DNA of 32,000 nt from an uncultured archaeon (GTDB taxonomy: Archaea; Asgardarchaeota; Thorarchaeia; Thorarchaeales; Thorarchaeaceae), in assembly GCA_964648855.1 (NCBI GenBank), contig CAZYLT010000002.1, positions 120,001 through 152,000 of the forward strand, in the 5' to 3' direction. Positions 25,227 to 32,000 of the stretch are shown here, piece by piece. A program made the translations under genes and the position numbers. Each line of letters starts with the position of its first letter. Within the stretch, counting starts at the first letter, position 1. A model generated the notes under the pieces. The model made no database searches and was not told the origin of the DNA. It was given only the letters and a program-made list of their open reading frames with translations.

Positions 25227-26084
25227 CTATTCAAGCGACAGGATCATATTGAAGTCAGATGCGTCATATGAGTGGGTTAGGGATCCCGAAGAAATTATGT
25301 CAATGCCTGTTTTAGCGAATTCCTTGGCGTTTGATTCATCTATGCCTCCAGACGCTTCTAGAAGAATTCTACTCCTCAGATTCTTTTTCTTCAAAACTGA
25401 ATGCGCTTCTGCAACCTCTTCAGGAGCGAAATTGTCTAACAGAATAATGTCGGCTCCTGCATGAGCGGCATCCAGTGCCTCATCAAGATTGCGCGCCTCA
25501 CAAGATATCTTCTTTGAAAACGATATAGAACGCTTGGCAGCTTCAATCGCCTTTGTAACTCCGCCAATAGCAGTGATGTGATTGTTCTTTATCAGTACCA
25601 TATCATCCAATGCATATCTGTGTGAATCACCGCCTCCAAGAGTCACTGCTCTTTTTTCAAAATACCTGAATCCTGGTGTTGTCTTTCGAGTTGCTGCTAC
25701 TATAATATCAGGATTCTCCTCTCTTGCCGCTGTCACCATCCTATTCGTCTTAGTAGCAATCCCACTCATTCTCTGAACGATGTTGAGACATACCCGTTCT
25801 ACCATGAGAAGCACTCTTGCTTTTCCTTTGAATTTCATGACAGGGGTTCCAGGATTAACCCAATCTCCCTCAGACTCGAGCAACTCATATTCGAGACCCA
25901 TGAGTGCCGCAATTGCGGCTGCTTCTTCCATACCTGCAAGGACTGATTGACTCTTCGCAAAAATGGTTGCTGATGCCTCTGAAGAGAGCATTCCCATGGC
26001 ATTTGTTGTTATGTCTCCTGATCTTATGTCTTCGTCAAGAAACTCCCGCAATTTTTCGACGATCTTTGATGGTGGTTCTTTCAT
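25227..26084 (-). CDS. nadC: Nicotinate-nucleotide pyrophosphorylase (quinolinate phosphoribosyltransferase)
   Basis: EDIRSGDITT, TRKTTPG, HRYALDD, LIKNNH, ILLDNF and EASGGI motifs; ATG at 26084 preceded by AGAGGTG SD. Confidence 0.95.
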   Translation of the reverse strand: MKEPPSKIVEKLREFLDEDIRSGDITTNAMGMLSSEASATIFAKSQSVLAGMEEAAAIAALMGLEYELLESEGDWVNPGTPVMKFKGKARVLLMVERVCLNIVQRMSGIATKTNRMVTAAREENPDIIVAATRKTTPGFRYFEKRAVTLGGGDSHRYALDDMVLIKNNHITAIGGVTKAIEAAKRSISFSKKISCEARNLDEALDAAHAGADIILLDNFAPEEVAEAHSVLKKKNLRSRILLEASGGIDESNAKEFAKTGIDIISSGSLTHSYDASDFNMILSLE

Positions 26085-26101
26085 CAAAACACCTCTATCT
26101 T

Positions 26102-26731
26102 TTAGCATACGGGCGTATCATGCTCCCGCTTGATAAGCCCCCTCGGACTTTCCTCACCGAATATTTCTGCTTGGAAGGACAGGAATTCTGTAGCAGAATC
26201 CTTCCAGGCATCAGCTGGAAGTCCTGCCTTATTGCAAGTATGTTTCAAGTATTCCTCGACATCCCAATTCCATTCAACTGGGACTTGAGGAAGCAATAAT
26301 CCTCTATGCATTCCCCGTGAAGCAATCAATCCGTCCCGCCCGATTTTAACCTTTGAAAGTAATTCTTGTGGCTCAGAGTAGTCTATTTTCTGAGGGGGTG
26401 TCAATACGCTTAATTCAATCAGAATCTCATCCAATTCATTAGGTCTAACAGGTGGAAATCTTGGATCATTTACTGCTGCGTCCACAGCTGAATTAATTGT
26501 GGCCACTACAAGCGGCTCTGTTGGATAGGGTCGACCTATACAGCCCCTTAGCTGCGACTCTTCCCCACTGATTCGGTTAAGCGTCACAAAGACCCCTGAC
26601 TTGTTCTTCAAGTGGTCTGGAATACCCTTAGGCGGTGCAGGCTTCTCGCTCTTCTTCACATAAAGCTCCACAGTATCTCTCGCCAATTTTACCAACAATT
26701 TACCATCATCATCAGAGTAGACAGGAGACAA
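26102..26731 (-). CDS. AMMECR1 domain protein (TIGR00296-like)
   Basis: GVFVTL, LRGCIG, DPRFPP, GLLLPQV and KAGL motifs. Confidence 0.93.
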   Translation of the reverse strand: MSPVYSDDDGKLLVKLARDTVELYVKKSEKPAPPKGIPDHLKNKSGVFVTLNRISGEESQLRGCIGRPYPTEPLVVATINSAVDAAVNDPRFPPVRPNELDEILIELSVLTPPQKIDYSEPQELLSKVKIGRDGLIASRGMHRGLLLPQVPVEWNWDVEEYLKHTCNKAGLPADAWKDSATEFLSFQAEIFGEESPRGLIKREHDTPVC

Positions 26732-26767
26732 CTTGAATCAACACCTCTAAGATAGAAAGAAACCCTG

Positions 26768-28093
26768 TTATGTGTTTACGGGTCTCGTGACATTCCTTAT
26801 GGGAACTGCTCCAGCAACTCCTGGCTGCACCTCGAACTCGCCATCATTGAATACGACCTCTCCACCGACTATAGTTGTCACTGGCTTGGCTTTTGCCACA
26901 TACCCCTCAAAGGGCGTTCTCTTTGCTTTTGAGTGAAAATTTTCTCCCCTTATAACCCAGTCTTCTCGTGAAAAGATGGCGATATCTGCATCATATCCCT
27001 TGCTGAGAACTCCCTTTCCAGCGATTCGCAAGATACTAGCAGGACCCGAGCAGCCTATTCTGAGAAGCTCAACCCATGAAATATTTCCATTAAATACTTC
27101 CGTAAGCAAAATGGGGGTCAGCGTTTCCAATCCTGGAATTCCTGCTTTGGCATCCTTGAAGCTAGCCTCCTTCTCCGCTGAAGTATGTGGTGCATGATCC
27201 GAAGCTACAATGTCTATCTGACATTTTGAGATAGCCATCTTCAGGGCATTACAATCCTCTTGTGATCGCAATGGTGGCAACATCTTAGCGGTTCCATCTT
27301 CCTTACTGAAGTTGTCACGGGACAGAAAGAGATGATGAGGAGTCGCCTCTGCTGTAAGCAGATCTTCTTGTCTGTTATCACTGATCACTTCAACAGTGGA
27401 AGCGCAACTAACATGGCATACGTGTATCCTGCAATCCAAGTTTCGATTCGCGTCAAGAAACTGCTTTAATGAACGAACTTCGCTCTCACAGCTATGAATC
27501 TCAAAATATTCATCCACTGAGTTTGCCTTGCTCTCAGGTGGCGTCGAGTCTGGATGAAACATTAGGGGTAATCCCCGCTCTTTCGCAACCTTCAAGCACT
27601 CAAGTATTCTCGCCCAATCATACCTGACATCATCTAAAGGATGGTGGGGATATACCTTAAGTCCCAGAACATTTCTGAATAGGGTGTCACTCATCTTCTC
27701 TGGCTTTGCAGGAATGCCCGCGTAGAATCCTATATTCGTATAGCGGTGTTCTCTCGCCTCGTTTATTTTTTGCTGGAGAACTTGCATATCCAAAACCGGA
27801 GGTGATGAATTTGGCATATCTACGACGGTTGTGACACCACCTGCTGCCGCGGCTCTTGTTCCCGTCTCGTAATCTTCCTTCTCGTTCTGTAGAAGACCGC
27901 GTAGGTGCACATGTATGTCAATGAATCCTGGGAGAACATATTGACCACTACAGTCAATGATATGATTGGAATCTGGTTCCTCCCCCTGGCTATAAAGACC
28001 TTCAATCTTGCCTTTTTCGATAGCGATTGACCTTACTAGCTCTTGCCCCGTGCTTACAGTCAATCCGTCCTTCAGAACCAAGTCCACTGACAT
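26768..28093 (-). CDS. pyrC: Dihydroorotase (type I amidohydrolase)
   Basis: PGFIDIHVHLR, DMPNS, CHVS, EATPHHL, PPLR, ASDHAPH and GYDADI motifs. Confidence 0.88.
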   Translation of the reverse strand: MSVDLVLKDGLTVSTGQELVRSIAIEKGKIEGLYSQGEEPDSNHIIDCSGQYVLPGFIDIHVHLRGLLQNEKEDYETGTRAAAAGGVTTVVDMPNSSPPVLDMQVLQQKINEAREHRYTNIGFYAGIPAKPEKMSDTLFRNVLGLKVYPHHPLDDVRYDWARILECLKVAKERGLPLMFHPDSTPPESKANSVDEYFEIHSCESEVRSLKQFLDANRNLDCRIHVCHVSCASTVEVISDNRQEDLLTAEATPHHLFLSRDNFSKEDGTAKMLPPLRSQEDCNALKMAISKCQIDIVASDHAPHTSAEKEASFKDAKAGIPGLETLTPILLTEVFNGNISWVELLRIGCSGPASILRIAGKGVLSKGYDADIAIFSREDWVIRGENFHSKAKRTPFEGYVAKAKPVTTIVGGEVVFNDGEFEVQPGVAGAVPIRNVTRPVNT

Positions 28094-28139
28094 CTAGTAA
28101 TGACGCCCCTGCGACTGAATAGAATAATGTAGTTCTTCC

Positions 28140-28958
28140 TTATTCAGTCTTTTCAGGTAACTGGAATTTATTCGCCGCAAAGATTGCAAAGTCAGTAGTG
28201 CTAATAACTCCAATTAGTAGATTGCCCTCCTCGACCACAGGAAGGGTGTTCAAATTATCTTCTAGCATTCTCTGTGCTACCTGTGAGATTGGTGTGTCAG
28301 GCTCGACTAGAGGTGGTTGCTTGAGCATTGCATCAACCACACGGATTTTTCTTATCTGATTTGCCTTGTGTTTGTCTGGAACCTCTACACTGAATCTTGC
28401 CATTGCTTGGGCGACTAGCTTTTCTGTGAGGAGTCCTAGAACGCGTCTGCCGTCCGTCACTGGCAGACCTGATACTCCCTCATTTAGCATATCAAGTCGT
28501 GCTTTGATGAGTCGATCAACGGGATTGGCAACAAGCAAATTCTCTCTTGTCATTAACTTCTTGACTGGGATTTCTTCGAATTTCTGAATGAGACGGGTGA
28601 TGTCAAATTTCCCTATAACTCCAACCACATCTTCGTTGTCATCTAGGACTGGGCAGCCACTCATACCCCGTTCAACCATCAGCTTGCATACATCGATGAT
28701 ATCATCGTCTGGCTGAACAGTAATGACTGTACTAGTCATAGCGCTTGAAACATGCAGACGTGAAATCGAAATAGCAACAACCTTGCTGACCCCAAGACGG
28801 TCCGCAATATCAGCATACGTAAGAATTCCTGTCAATTTGCCATTCTGTGTGACAACAAGTCTATCTGTGTTATTCTTCTCCAGCATATCCAAAGCATACG
28901 ATAGTCTTTGGTCTTTATCGATTGTAGTTGGTTCAACCATCATTTGACTTACTTGCAT
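28140..28958 (-). CDS. CBS domain protein (four CBS repeats)
   Basis: Repeated CBS motifs (GILTYAD, GCPV..VGVIGKFD, GLPV..LGLLTE, LPVV..IGVISTTD). Confidence 0.9.
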   Translation of the reverse strand: MQVSQMMVEPTTIDKDQRLSYALDMLEKNNTDRLVVTQNGKLTGILTYADIADRLGVSKVVAISISRLHVSSAMTSTVITVQPDDDIIDVCKLMVERGMSGCPVLDDNEDVVGVIGKFDITRLIQKFEEIPVKKLMTRENLLVANPVDRLIKARLDMLNEGVSGLPVTDGRRVLGLLTEKLVAQAMARFSVEVPDKHKANQIRKIRVVDAMLKQPPLVEPDTPISQVAQRMLEDNLNTLPVVEEGNLLIGVISTTDFAIFAANKFQLPEKTE

Positions 28959-29020
28959 CTCTAGACCCTCTTGTTTTCTGAATTCAATATGAAATACAAT
29001 AACCGCTGAATTCTTGCTTT

Positions 29021-29581
29021 TTATCTTCTACATTCACCGCAGAGATATTGGCCATCTTGAAGTGCAAGATCGGTAGAATATTCGCCACAACTGTCGCAAA
29101 TACCTCCCATCTCCATAATCTCATCTTCTTCCTCTGGGGTGATTTGTTCACCGTTTTGGAGTCTAAGTGACTCTACTAGAATATCAATGAGCTCGGGCGA
29201 CCAGCGTAATATATCGCGCGACGTGATTATTCCACCCAAAGAGTCGTTCTTCAGGACTACTACTCTTCTAATGTTACTCTTTGCCATTATCCGCATTGCA
29301 TCTGTAAGACCAGTATCAGGTGTTACGGTAAACAAGGGGGAACTCATAATCTCTCGAGCTCGTGTCTTCTTTGGGTCGCGTTCTTTGGCAATGACGCGTC
29401 TAACGATATCGGCTTCAGTTATGATACCTATCGGCCTTTCGCCCTCGACAACCACAATCGAACCCAAATCCATCTCAGACATAGTCCTAGAAACTTCCAA
29501 AGCTGTTGCATCAGAGGACATAGTAACGACGCTTACAGTCATTACATCTCTGCAAGACATGGAATGAGAAGGTGTTGACAT
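29021..29581 (-). CDS. CBS-pair protein with C-terminal zinc ribbon
   Basis: GIITEADIV and GIITSRDIL CBS motifs; CDSC...CGEC at the C-terminus. Confidence 0.9.
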   Translation of the reverse strand: MSTPSHSMSCRDVMTVSVVTMSSDATALEVSRTMSEMDLGSIVVVEGERPIGIITEADIVRRVIAKERDPKKTRAREIMSSPLFTVTPDTGLTDAMRIMAKSNIRRVVVLKNDSLGGIITSRDILRWSPELIDILVESLRLQNGEQITPEEEDEIMEMGGICDSCGEYSTDLALQDGQYLCGECRR

Positions 29582-29688
29582 TCAAATGACCTCTTTACCA
29601 CTTCAACTGGTACGATTGCATCGAGTTGTACTTGCTTCTTAAATGTGTCTGTACGTTATTCTAACGAAATCTGTCAAAATATACTATT

Positions 29689-31686
29689 TCATTCAATAAT
29701 CTTACCATCTCCAGGCGGAAGGACCCTCATAATATCCTCTTGAGTTATCTGTTTCATTAGATATTGGTCATCTTCAGATACTTGCTTTTCAAGAAGGTAC
29801 TGTATCCTTCCTACAAGATCTCCTTTCTTTACATCTCCTGGTGCAACTTGAACAAAGTAGTCACATTGCGTTTCCACCGCAGAGGGAGGTCCCGACATAG
29901 GCAAAATCCCATCATCATCCATAATCAAACCCACTGCGAGTTCTACAGCAACATTTCTGATGAAGTTTTTATTGCCGTATATCATGACAGCTCCAGAAGG
30001 AAGATATTCCCCCGATGGGGGTGAAAAACTGACCTGCTCCGGGTCAACCCAATATGCATCACCCGAGAGTATTCCCTCTCGCCATGCTCTAGAAAAGGTC
30101 ACTGAAAACTGAGCTGCTTCCTGCAAGGTTTTTTCTGTTGGAGGTTGGTCGGGAACCTTGATGATGGTATACGGAGCACCATGTAAAGAAGCGTGAAGAA
30201 AAACATCATTCGGATTCATATGTCGCTTGGCAAGTTGTTCATTCGTCCGTGAATCTCTTCCACCTAATACAAGATACCCCTCTGAGGACCTAAACCACCT
30301 GAATTTCTCGAACCATTTCCTTTCCCTTACCTTCACTGGGCGTTTCTCTTCAGGCTCTGGTTCGAAGCTTTCCTCAAGATTTCTCAATTTCTCTTTGGTT
30401 TTTTCTATCTGCTTCTTGGCTCCTCTAACCTTGGATTCAGCCTTCTTTGCCTGTTCATAGGCTTTCGAGGCATTATCTTGAGGACTCATTCTGATGTCCA
30501 AGGAAATATCCTCACCATTTATGTTCAGAAGAATTTTCCCCTGTGAAGGAAAGATGGATTCAATCATCTTTGCTGACTCGATTCCCTGTTCCCTGCCCTT
30601 CTGCATTCTCCTCTCAATTTCATCCCATGGAATCCCATCATCACGTGCCTGAGATATAGTTCTGAGTATCTCTTGAATATGTGGGAAGTTCGCGTAGATC
30701 AGTTCTCCAAGTCTGCGCATGGTTTCAGATTTTTCATCAAGCTGTTCCATAGCTTCCTCTTGTTTCGAAATAATCTTCTGAAGCCTCTTTTTTTCTTGGT
30801 GAAAAGCATCCTCTTCCTCTGCACGTTCTTCTTCCCCAATGTTCACACCATAAAACTCGTCTATTGCTCTACTGTAGGTTTCAAATTCTTGGTGTTCAAG
30901 TTCAGCATAGATACGGAATTCAAAGGGTACATAGGAGATACCCTCCCCCTCATCATCCAGAATAATCCGTGATTCTTTTACTCCATTTTCTATTTTTTCA
31001 ACAAATTCAGCAATTGCTTGATCCAGATGGTTCAAATCATCCTCATTTAGCTCGGAGGCTTTTGTTGTACCTTCGATATTCGCCAGTTCACATATTTCTT
31101 CACAGCTTAAGGAATCGAGATTGAGCCCGTAAATCAAGGTGCGAACAATATTTTTCTCTGAATCATCTACAAGTTCCTTCGCAGAAACGCGATTCTGAGA
31201 TAGAATATCTCTTCCTCGTAGAGGTGGAAATTCGTATTTTGCCTTTGGAACTAGGTCACGATGTCGCATCTTCTTGTATTGTTTCGCAACGAAGATGATG
31301 TCGTCAGGATCAAGTAGGATGAGGTTTCCATTTCCAAAGAGTTCTGCAACAAGTTTGTATGAATTCTCCTCATCTCCCACCTCGATTATCACGATTCTGT
31401 CCAAATCATACTGCTCAACTGAGGAAATGACTCTGTCTCGTAGATACTTCCTCAGCACAGAACAGAATTTGGGTGGAAATCTTGGAGCAACACGTCGATA
31501 GTCAGTAAGATGAATTCTCCTACTCGGTTCAATCAAAAGCTGGGTGGTGCCAATTCCGGGTTTGTAAAGTTTCAGAACGAAAACATCTCCGTATTGGTAC
31601 ACGTTTTTGACAAAAGCTCCTTCTGCAACTTCTTTAATCTCAGGCAGTATAAGTCGAATGTCCACGTTGCTCATTGTGTCCTTCAT
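29689..31686 (-). CDS. rqcH: Ribosome quality-control protein RqcH/Rqc2 (NFACT family)
   Basis: MSNVDI, LRKYL, DRIV, ELFGNGNLIL, WFEKFRWF, GGRD..TNE and SGEYL motifs; ATG 31686 lies 26 nt from a TATA box. Confidence 0.93.
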   Translation of the reverse strand: MKDTMSNVDIRLILPEIKEVAEGAFVKNVYQYGDVFVLKLYKPGIGTTQLLIEPSRRIHLTDYRRVAPRFPPKFCSVLRKYLRDRVISSVEQYDLDRIVIIEVGDEENSYKLVAELFGNGNLILLDPDDIIFVAKQYKKMRHRDLVPKAKYEFPPLRGRDILSQNRVSAKELVDDSEKNIVRTLIYGLNLDSLSCEEICELANIEGTTKASELNEDDLNHLDQAIAEFVEKIENGVKESRIILDDEGEGISYVPFEFRIYAELEHQEFETYSRAIDEFYGVNIGEEERAEEEDAFHQEKKRLQKIISKQEEAMEQLDEKSETMRRLGELIYANFPHIQEILRTISQARDDGIPWDEIERRMQKGREQGIESAKMIESIFPSQGKILLNINGEDISLDIRMSPQDNASKAYEQAKKAESKVRGAKKQIEKTKEKLRNLEESFEPEPEEKRPVKVRERKWFEKFRWFRSSEGYLVLGGRDSRTNEQLAKRHMNPNDVFLHASLHGAPYTIIKVPDQPPTEKTLQEAAQFSVTFSRAWREGILSGDAYWVDPEQVSFSPPSGEYLPSGAVMIYGNKNFIRNVAVELAVGLIMDDDGILPMSGPPSAVETQCDYFVQVAPGDVKKGDLVGRIQYLLEKQVSEDDQYLMKQITQEDIMRVLPPGDGKIIE

Positions 31687-31711
31687 GCTATCTCTTTCAA
31701 TCAACCGAGCG

Positions 31712-31719
31712 TTTTATAA
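31712..31719. promoter_or_regulatory. Likely shared TATA box of divergent rqcH and EMC6-like genes
   Basis: ttttataa reads as a TATA box on both strands, in the 72-nt intergenic gap. Confidence 0.55.
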
Positions 31720-31758
31720 CATGTCGATTGCCGATGAGCGATGTCTAGGTGATAGATA

Positions 31759-32000
31759 ATGCAAGCTGTCCAGAATATCTTTCAACGAATTTTCGGCAGA
31801 TGGTCGGATGACCCTAATGACCAACAATACTATGTCAAGATGACATTTGCATTGATTAGCGCTATTGTTTGCGCCGCTGGTGGACAAGCCTTTGCAGGCA
31901 CCCGTGGCTTGGTGATTGGACTTCTTATATATGCCATAAGCCTCTATGTAGTTGTCTATCTCGTTGGAATCGATCCCGAGGACCTTGGAGGGCGTCAAAA
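31759..32000 (+). CDS. EMC6/RAB5IF(OPTI)-like membrane protein, N-terminal part (not in the ORF track; runs off window)
   Basis: AGGTGA SD then open frame MQAVQNIFQRIFGRWSDDPNDQQYYVKMTFALISAIVCAAGGQAFAGTRGLVIGLLIYAISLYVVVYLVGIDPEDLGGRQ, with two TM helices and an IDxExxGG motif. Confidence 0.75.
   Translation, partial: MQAVQNIFQRIFGRWSDDPNDQQYYVKMTFALISAIVCAAGGQAFAGTRGLVIGLLIYAISLYVVVYLVGIDPEDLGGRQ

Noticed and set aside
31714-31998. Minus-strand 94-aa ORF from the track
   Set aside because: Shadow of the plus-strand EMC6-like gene, which has an SD and a coherent TM pattern

Overview
Archaeal chromosomal window, most likely from an Asgard (Thorarchaeia-like) lineage. This is an inference from BHB-intron tRNAs, archaeal RqcH, an HhH-MutS5-type protein and Vps29- and EMC6/RAB5IF-like proteins. 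The left arm (1-8.3 kb) carries the 3' end of proS, a 2-hydroxyacid dehydrogenase, a MutS5-like ATPase, a Vps29-like phosphoesterase, a Cys-rich PadR divergent from arsM with a tandem 16-bp operator, and DUF917. The right arm (21.8-32 kb) is housekeeping: ZIP transporter, regulators, tRNA-Ile2, thioredoxin, tRNA-Glu, nadC, AMMECR1, pyrC, two CBS proteins, rqcH and an EMC6-like gene. Between them is an accessory region centred on a two-intron tRNA-Asn. Upstream of the tRNA is a ~3.6-kb islet bounded by a degenerate duplication of the tRNA promoter plus 5' end, carrying an AbiEi/AbiEii type IV toxin-antitoxin pair and a PD-(D/E)xK nuclease remnant. Downstream is a tight three-gene operon: membrane-anchored HerA/FtsK ATPase, then a 945-aa acidic/HTH protein ending in a LAGLIDADG-like nuclease domain, then a small putative tandem winged-helix protein. 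This operon is the best candidate for an undescribed export/conflict system. Two nonsense-disrupted pseudogenes follow it.
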